64,000 nucleotides of DNA from Octopus vulgaris (GCA_951406725.2 OX597828.1:5456001-5520000), one strand, 5' to 3'; shown: positions 27,802-40,285, counted from the stretch's first letter. A program made the numbers and translations. Notes: a model not told the origin generated them from the sequence alone.

Positions 27802-28734
27802 TCAGTAGTTTTATTTTTATTTTTATAGCGTGCTTTCACTTCACTACCGAGCGCAGCTCTGTGTGCCTTGGGTATGTGCTGTGATTTGTTGTGATACTCT
27901 GATGGTTATTGTATGGAAAGTGTTCTGCGTAGGATGTGGGCAGTTCCTAGTAGTGCAATTTTCTGTATGTTATATGTGTTTGTAAGTCCTGGTGTTTTTG
28001 TTATGTATTTGTCTGAATATTTTTTTATCATGCCTAATGCACCTACTATGATAGGAATTGTTTCTGTTTTCAGATTCCACATTCTAGTTACCTCTATTTC
28101 CAGGTCTTTGTATTTTGAGAGTTTCTCCATTTCTTTTAGAGACACGTTGTCATCTGCCGGTATTGATACATCAATTAAAAAGCATTTTTTTTCTTCATGA
28201 TCTCTGACAACTATATCTGGTCTGTTGGCCTTAATTTCTCTATCTGTGTGTATCGGCATATCCCAGAGTATGGTTGCTTTCTCGTTTTCTGTGACCTTTT
28301 CTGGTGTGTGCCTATACCATCTTTTTTCTGTTGTTATTCCATAATGTTGGCATAGCTTCCAATGTATGTAGGTTCCAACTCTGTCATGTCTGTGAATATA
28401 TTCCTTCTTAGCCAGGACTGGGCAGCTAGAGATAGTATGATTTATTGTTTCTTGTCCATCTCCACATATTCTGCAGTTACTTGTAATATTTCTTTTCATT
28501 ACATGTTTTTGGTAATTTCTGGTGGGGAGGCTTTGGTCTTGTGCTGCAATTAAAAATCCCTCTGTTTCTGCTTTGAGTCCTGAGCTTCTCAACCATTGCT
28601 GGGATTTTTCTTTGTCTATTTCTTTTGCGTTTAGTTTAGTGCAGTATTTACCATGAAGGGGCTTTTCTTGCCATCGTTTTATCATGGTTCGTTGCTGTTC
28701 TGTTTTTAGTTTGGATTTCATTTGTTTTATAGCT

Positions 28735-28740
<6 letters not shown>
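27802..28740 (-). mobile_element. R4/Dong-like RLE LINE, family A, 5'-truncated, open frame to stop
   Basis: Uninterrupted frame from the junction at 28740 to the stop at 27906: CCHC knuckle, RHD, RPDIVV, IDVSIP, EKLSKY; flanked by (TAA)n. Confidence 0.95.
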
Positions 28741-28788
<48 letters not shown>

Positions 28789-28819
28789 ATTATTATCATT
28801 ATTATTATTATTATTATTA

Positions 28820-28861
<42 letters not shown>

Positions 28862-28868
<7 letters not shown>

Positions 28869-29345
28869 TAGACTTTTTCTTTGTATTTGTAAATGTTGAC
28901 TACAAGTCTCACCCAGAGACCCCAAGAGACAACACGTTAGATGTTCATGTTGGTGTCATGCTTTGGGTGTCATATATTTGGTTTTGCACATACTATTGTT
29001 CGAGAGAATGCTTCAGAAAGCAAGAAATTTATAAGTTTGTCCGCGTACTTCTCGATATTTTTGTTCACTGTCACCAGGGCACCCATAATTATTGGTACTA
29101 CTGCTAACTTTTTCCTCGACCACAACTGTTTACTTTCCCAAGCTAACCTGTCATATCTCGCAAATTTTCTTTCTTCCTTATCGCATATCTGGTTGCCAGC
29201 TGGGCATGCCATATCTATGATCCAGCAGAGTTAGTTCTTCTTTCTCAATTAAGACTATGTCCGGCTTCCTATTCTCTGTATCATGATCGCACTGAATCAT
29301 AAACTCCCATAAGTACTTTGCATTTCTATTTTCCTCGATGCCATC
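28862..29345 (-). mobile_element. Decayed RLE LINE 3' fragment(s)
   Basis: 28862-~29010 resembles the family B 3' UTR (AAGTCTCACCCAGAGACCCCAAGAGACAAC); ORF 28970..29212 ACPAGNQICDKEERKFARYDRL..VVPIIMGAL is an RLE domain. Confidence 0.75.
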
Positions 29346-29399
29346 AGGTTTGTGGTCGTACCAATGTTTTACTCAGTGAAGTCCATACTTGTTGTTGCT

Positions 29400-29812
29400 C
29401 TTTATTGTTGTTGTTGTTGTTGTTGTTATTACTATTATTATTATTATTGTTGTTGTTGTTGTTATTGTTGTTGTTATTGTTACTATTATTATTATTATTA
29501 TTATTATTATTATCATCATCATTATTATCATCATTATTATTATTATTATCATCATCATTATTTTTATAATTGTTATCATTATTAATATCATTATTTTTAT
29601 TAGTAGTAGTAGTAGTAGCAGTAGTATTAGTAGCAGTAGCAGCAGTAGCAGCTTCAGCAACAATGTTATTACTAATAGCAGCTGCAGTAGTAGTAATAGA
29701 AGTAGTAGTAGTCGTAGTGGTGGTGGCGGTGTTGTTGTTGGTGGTGGTGGTGGTGTCGGTGGTGGTGGTTCTGGTGATAATGGTGGTGGTGGCGGTGGCG
29801 GCTATGATGGTG
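29400..29812. repeat. Compound trinucleotide microsatellite (GTT/ATT/ATC/AGT/AGC/GGT/GGC)
   Basis: Consecutive triplet blocks visible directly. Confidence 0.9.
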
Positions 29813-29847
29813 GGGCTCTTTGTTTGTGGCAGTGCAAGCAATGCTTA

Positions 29848-30041
29848 TTAATACGATAATTAACGCATTTACTGGTATGTAAATATTTAGCCTGGGAGTA
29901 ACGCGTTAAGCATAATTTTAACTTCCTTGGAATTTTCCAAAATGACTTGGTCGCTATACAAGTCACTAAATAACTTAGCGTTTTGACTAGTATTAATGAG
30001 AAAGATGAAAACTGAAATGCTCGGAGTAGGGGGTCAAACTT
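29848..30041. repeat. Unclassified ~195-bp repeat, copy 2
   Basis: Matches 27513-27704. Confidence 0.85.
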
Positions 30042-30245
30042 AATATATGAAAATACATGAACGTGAACATGCATGCGAGTGTGTGTACATATATATGCGT
30101 GTGTATGTGTGTTTGCGTGTGTGCGTGTGTGTGTGAGCTTGTTTGTGTGTGTGTGTTTGTGGGTTCGCATGCACACGTGTGTTGATAAGTATTATATATC
30201 TACTATCCAATTATGTATCTTATATATGCATGTGTATGTACACAC

Positions 30246-30296
<51 letters not shown>

Positions 30297-31111
30297 TATA
30301 TATGTATATAAATATATATATATATCTATATAAATGTATATATATATATAAATGTATATATATATATATATATACATGCCGTATATATACATGTATATAT
30401 ATATATATATATATACATGCATGTGTGTACGTGTGTATATGTCTTTATATGTCTACATACACGCATATACGGAAAAATACGAGAGTAGAATAGATAGAAT
30501 GATGGTAGCGTAGATAGAGCTAATGGGAAATATGCATTTATTTTAAAATACAGCGATAAAATATAAAAAAATAAAACATCGCCACATGGTTTGAATAGGA
30601 TAACCATTTACATGTAATCTTTATTAATCATTTTTATTAGCAATTCCCTCTCCATTTTAGAAACACGTGCCGTACTATTAAACTACATATATTTAATAAT
30701 TTCCTTTCCACAAATTTGATTTGCATTTATTAAAGTAGAATTGCAGTCCATTTTCAAAATAAAAATTCCATCGATTTTTCCTGCAGTATATTACAAGATA
30801 GGGTAACCTATTTCTCTGGCGAATCTTCATATGAATTACTTCTGGGCTTGTCGTCTGACAATCTTCATACACTAAATATAAAATAGGACACTTGCACTGG
30901 AAATATATTCGAGAGAATTGCTTGCAATTACATCACGTCTAATCAATCATGCTGCACATGTATTACAGGATACAATTTTTGCTTTTCCTTCTTCAAATTT
31001 TTCTCAGGCGTTCAGTTCGTTCCTCTCTTCGCATTCACTTACTTCTTTACTGACACCCTCTCACTCTCAAATTCTATCTTTCTCAACACTGTCGCTCTCT
31101 TTCTATCTCGC

Positions 31112-31145
<34 letters not shown>

Positions 31146-31373
31146 ATACACGGACGTACACATATGCATGCACCTACACACGCGAGCACAGAAGCACACA
31201 TGTTTACAGTTGTATAATTTATTTATGCACCTGTATGTATGCATGCATTCATCACGTACGTATACACGCAAACGTATAAACAGCTATACATATATTCAAA
31301 AATATGCGTCAGCAAATTGGATGCATAGACACGCACGTACTAATGTGTATTATACACACACACATATATATAA

Positions 31374-31421
<48 letters not shown>

Positions 31422-31854
31422 GCACATATATACATACATGCATACATATTCGTACATATTCATTCACATATACACATATTTGTAATTGGAAACATTTTAA
31501 TTGCGCTGGGAAAACAGATCCGCCATATTATAAACATGTTATACAAATGCTTGAAGTCACATATTTGCATCTATACACACAAACAACCACATATGTACAA
31601 ACGTACACAACATATCTATACTTGTAAATTATTGTGCACACACACACACACACACACACAAACATATATATATATATATATATATGCATGAGTATAACAT
31701 GAAATTTCAGAGTAATGAATATTTCAAGGAAATCTCACTGAATATTGACGTCTATTTAAGATACTTAATCAATGAACATAAATACATATAGACAAAAATA
31801 CCCCTAAGCAGTAATACATTTACATAGTTATATGTATTTTCTTAAGTGTATGCA

Positions 31855-31924
<70 letters not shown>

Positions 31925-32609
31925 CGGTATGTTTTTGTATCTTCATGTATATAAAGAAATTGGTAGACGTATAGATAGTTATAGAGTTGTACATGTATAC
32001 ATATACGTGTATGCAAATATGCATACATTTATGCTCTTACCTATATTTGCATAAGGGTTTTGTATGAATAGAACGATGCCTATAGGGAAACATTTCGTCG
32101 ATTCTTAACAAGCTGCTATAAATCGTATTTTTATTATATATAGCGTAAGTACCACAGTTAATTTGTCAAATATTTAAAAACCTCAATGGTTTGTCAAATA
32201 TTTAAAAACCTATGTCTATGACGAAGATTCGGAGCACTTTATGGCTCCAACCATATATACACACTTATAGAGTAATTCCAATTTTGAAGTCCTTTTTTTT
32301 ACACTATCCGATTTTTCATACCGGTTTCATCTATAAACTTTAAATAAAATATTGAGACTCAATACAAGTCACTTCAGCATTTCATAAATTTTACTAAACG
32401 GAAGAACACTTTGTATTGAGTGATGAAATGCAAATGTTTGCGTCACCTATTTATTTTTGTATGCTGAATATTGATAACACACGTTTAAAATATTTAACTT
32501 GCAGGGATGCATTAAGACAGGCATAGGCGTGTGTGTGTGTGCGAGTGTTGAGTGTGAGAGAGTGAATGTGTGTGTATGTGTGTGTGTGTCTGCATAGATA
32601 TTTTGATAG

Positions 32610-32648
<39 letters not shown>

Positions 32649-33859
32649 TAGATAGATAGATAGAGTGTCACTACTGAGAGATAAATCAAGATGGTTTGCT
32701 GGCCATGATGTATTTTATGTGTATTAATGGCAGCATATTATTCTGTTAAATCAAATATATCTAAGTTTTTCATAAAAATTATGAATTTATATTATGTAAT
32801 TAATATTCCAATTTTTGAATTAGAGTTGGCATTGCTTAATATAAGTGGGTTTCATTTCATTTCCTTGTATGTCTTTGGGTATTTTGTTATAGAAACATAT
32901 TAAGTATATATGTCTACAATCATCACATAATTTACGCGAATTAAAGATAATTATAAATTTATACTGGCGTATCTAAATCCTCTCATTTCTATTTCGCATT
33001 TTTCGCCGAAATATTTCAGATTTCATTTTAGGACATGCTTAGTTATCGTCTTAAAAGATGTCAGCGCATATACGAAGAGAATGAAATTATCTTGGTTTGT
33101 TTATTTTAGTGTGTCTGAATGAATATTATTTTTACATAGTCTTCATTTAGATAGTTGGCTGAGCTTAAAGACTACAGTTAATATTGCAGATTATATTATA
33201 ACTATTTGAATATGTAAATGGTTCGCAAGGCTAATTTCGAAACTTATCTGCCCATGTCTGATGCTATAACCATGTCGGTGATATTTATGATTAAATTGAT
33301 TTGGAGTCACTGCAAAAATAATCTATGCTATTCTTATTTAGGTCAAATTTGACTGGATGAAAAGGTAATTGATTTTACGAGCAAATTTCCATTACACACA
33401 CGTGTGGTTGGTAAATGGCAATTACATTTTGGTGCATTGCTTTATTTGGATATAAATGTTATTCCACGCTTCTATATTGTGGTATAGCTGGTCCGGAGAA
33501 TGTTGATTTAGGAAGTTTAAAATATATGTATCGCTTATAACTATGAAATATAAGAACCGATGTTCATGAAAGGAATAAAATAAATTTAAACATCTTTCTG
33601 ATAACGGAAACACAAAAATATCGTCATACTATCTACTCCATGAATTTCTTGTTGATAAAAAATTTTCGTTCATAAAGTGGCATACTTTGGAACCTCATAG
33701 ATAGTATGAGTGTGTGCGTGAGTTTCGTGTATGTGAGTGTGAGTGCTCGCATGCTTGTATAAGTGAACATATTGAAAAAGACCACATCATGCATATAGAA
33801 GGCATATTACTGAAGTCATATACATGCCTGCATAGAAGCGTACAGACGCACGCACACAC

Positions 33860-33890
<31 letters not shown>

Positions 33891-34032
33891 TACATACACA
33901 CATACACACACACGCAAACACTTTTATTAAAGCTGCTAAATCATCACGTAGCTGTTCGTCGAACAGTTGTGATGAATAGAAAATTTATGTCCTTATTTTT
34001 CTGTGTGTATATATATATATATGTGTGTGTGT

Positions 34033-34096
<64 letters not shown>

Positions 34097-34098
34097 CA

Positions 34099-34922
34099 AA
34101 CCCCTCAGTTTATCGAAAGTGCCAGAGAGAAGATACGACGAAGTTCCAATCGTTCCGTCAGAAAACTGGCTGCTAGAAAACTCGATGTATCGAGTGTTGA
34201 AAAAGGATCTCAAGACCCATCTTGGGAAGATGAACTCCCATCATTAACTCAATCAAGATTATGAGATCATGAAAATAGAGAGAAGGAAGCCTTCGGATCT
34301 TGCGTCAGATTGCTAAAGGCACGCTGCCCAAACTGATTCAAAAGACATTTTACATCGAATGAACAGTGAACCACCAGAATGAATGACTTTGGAATGTATC
34401 TGGCTCCGTCGTGGGCAGAACACGTCGTAAATCGATGTCAAAACCCACCTTCGATTGGCTGTGATAGCCAATGATGTGTGTCCCTTTTTTGTGCCCTAGG
34501 GTATTAAAATTAAGATCCAGCGATAAATTAGCGATATTCTAGAGGGTGAACCGCTTCCATGGGTGAATGAGCACATTCAAGGCGCATCTTGGAGCCTCTA
34601 ATACGATTCGGTACCAACCCACAGTTCTAAACAGACACAAAAACTGGCTTCAGAAAAACATTCCGTCGTCCATAGCCCTGATCTCAGCCCGTTGGATTTT
34701 TCTAATTGATCCATTTTGGAGAAGAAAATCTCGATCAATCATCATGCTTCGCTCGACGCCCTGAAACCACGACCGGAATGGGCTTCATTTCCGTAATAAT
34801 AGCTGAGTACCGCGTGTGAAGAATTCGCACCTAGAGTGAAGGGTGTGGTTTGAAACAGATGAGTCATATCGAATAAATGTGGTAGTGTTATAACTGTGTT
34901 TCCTTTATATTGCTCCACCCTG
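34099..34922 (+). mobile_element. Decayed Tc1/mariner-superfamily transposon
   Basis: TPQFIESAREKIRRSSNRSVRKLA (HTH region); PTHSSKQTQ/NWLQKNIP; SPDLSPLDF; ends CTCCACCCTG (CAGGGTG-type TIR). Confidence 0.75.
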
Positions 34923-35020
34923 AACACACAAACACACACACACACACACACGAACACATATTTATATATATAGATATATATATACACACACATATATATG
35001 TATGTATATACATGTATTTC

Positions 35021-35430
35021 TCTCTTTACCCTCTTTTACTTGTTTCAGTCATTTGACTGCGGCCATGCTGCAGCACCGCCTTTAGTCGAGCAAATCGACC
35101 CCGGGACTTATTCTTTGTAAGCCCACTACTTATTCTATCGTTCTCTTTTGCCGAACCGCTAAGTGACGGCGCCGTAAACACACCAGCATCGGTTGTAAAG
35201 CAATGCTAGGGGGACAAACACAGACACACAAACACACACATACACATATATATATATACATATATACGGCAGGCTTCTTTCAGTTTCCGTCTACCAAATC
35301 CACTCACAAGGCTTTGGTCGGCCCGAGGCTATAGCAGAAGACACTTGCCCAAGGTGCCACGCAGTGGGACTGAACCCAGAACCATGTGTTTAGTAAAGAA
35401 GCTACTTACCACACAGCCACTCCTGCACCT
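35021..35430 (-). mobile_element. tRNA-derived SINE, family 1 (full length)
   Basis: Reverse-complement match to 7306-7740. Confidence 0.9.
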
Positions 35431-35492
35431 ATAGAATGCATGTGTGTGTGTCTATGTATATGTATATATATATAAATATGTGTATGTATATA

Positions 35493-35542
<50 letters not shown>

Positions 35543-35619
35543 TACATATACATATACATATACATATATATGCACATATACATAGACACACACACACATG
35601 CATTCTTTTTCTTTTAATT

Positions 35620-36160
35620 CTTTTATATGTTTCAGCCCTAAGGTAGTTGCACTAATTACCTATTCAAAGGCCAATCGGATGTGATTTGCTTTTGATGAAG
35701 GAGGGAGTTCGTTACTGCTCCCTCTTTTGGGCATCTTGCCTTTATATTGGCTCATCTGAGACTTTGGATAGCAAAAGATCAACCCCACTCCATGAAGATC
35801 CCAAACGCTTTGGGAAGGCGTTAAATAGTAGTGGCCTCTTGAATTCCAAGCTATTGAAGTACATGGTCAGCAGTCTAGACGAGATCGCTGGCACAACGCA
35901 ATGACGTCCACTTCGGGCTCTGGTATGACTCTCAATTCCAAAGTTTGGTGCCAGCCTCTCCAGTATCTTCCATATACACATTTCTGCATATCTCTCCCGT
36001 CTTCTCTCCAGGGAGTAGAGTTGTAGCTCTTTCAGTCTCTTCCAGTAGCTCTTTTCCTTGTGTAACATCGCTGAACCGCTTCAATTTCCGCTTTTAATCT
36101 GACATTGTAGAGTGATCACAGTTGAGAGAGCAGTAGTCCAGACGGCCGAGGACAAATATA
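35620..36160 (-). mobile_element. CR1-like LINE 3' fragment
   Basis: ORF 35742..36068 SYWKRLKELQLYSLERRRERY..IWKILE..PN...LFNAFPK...VSDEP. Confidence 0.85.
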
Positions 36161-36179
36161 CACTTTGATTCATTGTTTT

Positions 36180-36400
36180 ATTCTTTTGCTTGTTTCAGCC
36201 ATTTGATTGCGGCCATGCTGGAGCACCGTCTGCCTTGAAAGGTCTTCATCGAAGTAATTAAGTCCAGGACTTTTTAAAGCCTAGCACTTGTTCAGTCGCC
36301 CACTTTTACCCAGCCACTAAATTACGGGAGCATAAATATACCAAAGACACACTGACACGGACACAGACAGACATACAGACACACACACAGACACACAACA
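36180..36400 (-). mobile_element. SINE family 1, 3' half, diverged
   Basis: CTTGTTTCAGCCATTTGATTGCGGCCATGCTGGAGCACC matches the family 1 tail. Confidence 0.7.
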
Positions 36401-36418
36401 CACACACAATCACAGATA

Positions 36419-36459
<41 letters not shown>

Positions 36460-36466
<7 letters not shown>

Positions 36467-36850
36467 TCTTATAAAAATAAGAAAAAAGCTGTCCGCTTAT
36501 TAGCTCCATGAGGCCATCGCCTTAAGTTAGCTATTCGATACACAAACTGTATCCATGTAACCTACTGGGTCTGATTACGCTGCATTGACAAAGGGCAAAT
36601 ACCCTGAAACGCGTCTGTAGCAGTCGGTCAAGTAGTGTGGAGCGACTGACCTCCTTTGTTCGAAGGTTATATGGATACAGTTTGTGTATCGAATAGCTAA
36701 CTTAAGGCGATGGCCTCATGGAGCTAATAAGCGGACAGCTTTTTTCTTATTTTTATAAGAATGCCATATTAGTATGGCGATAACTATTAATTTCCAGGAA
36801 CGCTGCCGTAATCTCTTTTAGAGAGACTTAGTAATTTTAATATTTCTATT
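36460..36850 (+). mobile_element. Fold-back element in (TA)n; ~100-bp arms (36460-36563 / 36664-36767) enclosing an HHR
   Basis: Near-perfect inverted repeat; HHR in the spacer; sister copy reversed at 38757-38950. Confidence 0.85.
36579..36621 (+). ncRNA. Minimal type I hammerhead ribozyme, core mutated
   Basis: GCTGCA-TTGACAA-AGGG-caaata-CCCT-GAAA-CGCG-TC-TGTAGC: all stems intact, CTGANGA altered at two positions. Confidence 0.7.
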
Positions 36851-37400
36851 ATATATATATAGGCATATATGAAAATTATCGGACCTAATTTTTTAGTGTA
36901 TGTGTTTAGAAGCTAATTTCTCAGGATTGAAGAGCTGTTTCACTGTCTTTAGCCTTTCTCATCTTGATTAATCATGATTTTTAGACACAAAGAGGACGAA
37001 GATCAGGGCTTACTTATTTTTAGTTTCGTGTTTTTGTCATGTTTTCTTACAGCCCATCGTCCTGGTTATTAATTACATCTGAAGATATGCACTGAACCTG
37101 AAAGAATACTTCGAGATAAATGGTATGTTATATAAAATTGTCAGTTCTTTGTATCTCCAGCGCATGAATATATTAGTTGCTCTTTCGTACATTGAGTGTA
37201 TTATATGATATTTATCTCTCACTGGAAGGAGTAAAGTTTTGTTGATCCTACCTATAAGGGCGTAACTGTAAACTTACAACTACAGTCACACATACTTACA
37301 TACATACATATACATACATATATATATATATATATACATATTTATATGTGTATGTGTGTGTGTTTGTATTTGTATATATGTGTGTATATATGAGTGTGTA

Positions 37401-37439
<39 letters not shown>

Positions 37440-38197
37440 CTATGCTCATACAAATATGAGTTTCGTTATTGGTTCTTAACTGTGTTAGATCCAGCATCAG
37501 CAATGTAACCCAGTATTGCGTTTTTCATATTTTCATCGTTACTTGGTTCTAACTTCTTTTGAGGATAAGTTTTTGCAGAATCCTTTGAAGCTGCTGCCTG
37601 ATAATGCAGAATTTTTCATTCCATACTCAATTTCAATATCCCCGAAGTAAACCTTGTTTTACACTCCTCCAGGATTGATAATAAATTCAAACAACGCCTT
37701 TGGTTCTCTTGAATGAAATATTTATTAACAATATTATATGTACGAGCTATTACTCTTCTCTCTTTGTGACCAGAATTTTTATCTCACAGAAGGTCAATGC
37801 ATATACATTTGTGTTTACGACGAAACCTGCGTAATAGATGTACTTCCAAAGACAACATTTTATTATCAGCCTACCGTATTTTTCTATGATACTGTCTCAT
37901 GTCTATATCACTGAAAGAAATATCGCATGGAAAATTTGTAAAGAGCATATCACAAATAATGTGTGTGTGTGGCTATATTTTAATGTTAGATCATTTCAAT
38001 GCTGGATGATAGCTTATCCTGGTGGGTACCTTATTAAGGTTATCTAAGATGAGAATTATTCCTGTGGAAATTGGTGCACATGGCAAAATGCAGACTGTTG
38101 CCTAAAATGTTGTTCGATATTGGAACTGAGAATCACAACGGTAGGGAATTCTATGAAGTAGGATATAAGTAATTTGATTATTATTATTTTATACTCT

Positions 38198-38414
38198 AGG
38201 GACAATGCTCGACACTTTTTCTTTGGTGGGTGGGGGGTGGGGGGCAGTCGATTAGATCGATCCCAGTATGTAGCTGGTACTTAATTTATCGACCTCGATT
38301 GGATGAAAGCAAAGACGACATCGGCGGAATTTGAACTCAGAACGTAAAGACAGACGAAATACCGCTAAGCATTTCGCTTGGCGTGCTAACGATTCTGCCA
38401 GCTCGCCGCCTTAA
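38198..38414 (-). mobile_element. tRNA-derived SINE, family 4
   Basis: Minus strand GGCGGCGAGCTGGCAGAATCGTTAGC...GAGTTCAAATTCC, central TTTCATCC..GAGGTCGATAAATTAAGTACCAG, (AAT)n tail. Confidence 0.8.
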
Positions 38415-38692
38415 GATTATTGTTGCTGATTCATAAATCTTTTATTGTCATAATGTGCAGCTGATAGTTTCACTGATCAGCCTTCCGACGGACATTCACA
38501 TCGCTGACATTGGCCTCCCTCACAAGATTTTGTCACGAAAAAGTAAATTGCATGAGAAGCAATATCACAATGCAGCCAAAAGCTTGGCATATGGGCAAAC
38601 AAAGGTTTATATATTTATAGAGGTTTATTCCTTCTCTCATAACCTCACTGTGCTCAGAAAAATCACTGTAACTGAGGGACGTTTAACTATTG

Positions 38693-38756
<64 letters not shown>

Positions 38757-38760
<4 letters not shown>

Positions 38761-38950
38761 GAAATATTAAAATTACTAAGTCTCTCTAAAAGAGAACAGC
38801 GGCAGCGTTCCCGGAAAATAATAGTTATCGCCATACTAATATGGCATTCTTATAAAAATAAGAATAAAGCTGTCCGCTTATTAGCTCCATGAGGCCATCG
38901 CCTTAAGTTAGCTATTTGATACACAAACTGTATCCATATAACCTTCGAAC
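38757..38950 (-). repeat. Truncated sister copy of the 36460-36850 element
   Basis: Reverse complement of ~36657-36850; abuts (TA)n. Confidence 0.9.
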
Positions 38951-39214
38951 ATATACAGACAGACATACGCACAGGCACACACATGCACACACACACATAT
39001 ATATATAATTTCAAATTAATCATAAAAGGGTAAACTTAATTGATTAAATCAATACTTTTAACAAGTAGATAGGTACGTTTAAATAACTTTTTATAGGTAA
39101 AACCGAATTTAGAAATAGGAGTTAAAACTTCCTTTTCTACTACCTCAAGAATCTCCCACACAGTAACATACTTTTTTACGTGGGCAAAGGGAAAATAATT
39201 TTATATTGGAAATA

Positions 39215-39273
39215 CTACACTGATGATGAGAAGTAAGTAAATTAAATACTTTAATCTCGAAACGCGTCTGTAG
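39215..39273 (+). ncRNA. Type I hammerhead ribozyme (intact core)
   Basis: CTACA-CTGATGA-t-GAGA..AAGTA..TACTT..TCTC-GAAA-CGCG-TC-TGTAG; predicted cut after C39268. Confidence 0.88.
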
Positions 39274-39751
39274 CTAATCAGAGTCGTGTTGATTCATTAT
39301 TTTTCTCTTTGCCTACACAAAAAAGAGTGTTACTGCCTGGGAGATTCTTACGGTAGTAGAAAAGGAATTTTTAACTGCTATTTCTAAATTCGGTATATGG
39401 TGAAGCAATTAGCTGACCCTTAATTATAATTATGTTTATAAATATAGAGCATTTGTATAATTTCACCTATAACTGGTATTTTTACGTACCGATCTACTTG
39501 GTAAAATTATTAATTCATTAATTTAATAAATTAATTTTACCCTTTTCTTATTAATTTGAGATTATAATTTACTCCCTGATCGAACACTGCAGTTTTCTGC
39601 GGTATTGCTCGTAACATAAACGTGGATAAAAGGGATATACATGTATTCATATTCGGCTGTTTAAATTTTGGAAGGGTTGGTTGGATATCTATTACACGCA
39701 CGATCGTGTGCATATTTAACCATAGCACTTTTAAATTTTATAATTGGAAAT

Positions 39752-39811
39752 GCTACACTGATGATGAGAAGTATGTAATTAAACACTTTAATCTCGAAAC
39801 GCGTCTGTGGC
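39752..39811 (+). ncRNA. Type I hammerhead ribozyme (intact core)
   Basis: GCTACA-CTGATGA-t-GAGA...TCTC-GAAA-CGCG-TC-TGTGGC; predicted cut after C39805. Confidence 0.88.
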
Positions 39812-40060
39812 TAATCGGAGGCGTATTGATTCCTTATTTTTCTCTTTGCCTTCATAAAAAAGTGTGTGTTACTGTGTGTGAGGTTTTACGGTAGTAGAAA
39901 AGGAATTTTTAACTCCTATTTCTGAATTCGGTGTGTGGTGAAGCAATTAGCTGACCCCTAATTATAATTATGTTTAAAATTATAGAATATTTGCATATAT
40001 ATATGCGCTTGTGTACGTGTGTAAAAGACACGCCATCATGAGAAGTATAAGGAAAATAGA

Positions 40061-40220
40061 ACAGGCGTGTTTGCGTTGTAAGAAGCTAGCTCCTCACCCA
40101 CATTGCCCCGAGTTCAGTCGCACTGCGAGGAACCTTGGGCAAATGTCTTCTACTATAGACTCGGACTAACAAAGCGTTGTCAGTATGTTTTAGTAAACGG
40201 AATGTGAAAGAATCCCGTCC
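40061..40220 (+). mobile_element. SINE family 1, 5' half, diverged
   Basis: GAGTTCAGTCGCACTGCGAGGAACCTTGGGCAAATGTCTTCTACTATAG matches the 7306 copy. Confidence 0.75.
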
Positions 40221-40250
40221 TCTCTCTGGCTCTGTCTCTGCCCCCCCCCC

Positions 40251-40282
<32 letters not shown>

Positions 40283-40285
40283 CTA

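Larger units (their letters stand above)
39004..39995 (+). mobile_element. Non-coding retrozyme-like / PLE pseudo-LTR element: inverted 5' segment plus two ~255-bp direct repeats, each with an HHR
   Basis: Direct repeats ~39201-39455 and ~39738-39995; 39004-39200 is the reverse complement of 39296-39394 plus 39461-39565; no credible ORF; TA tracts at both ends. Confidence 0.85.

Noticed and set aside
27906-28925. 339-aa ORF as a host gene
   Set aside because: Chance read-through from (TAA)n into a truncated LINE frame.
32161-32212. 22-bp direct duplication (similar small ones near 45867 and 55591)
   Set aside because: Ordinary local slippage duplications.
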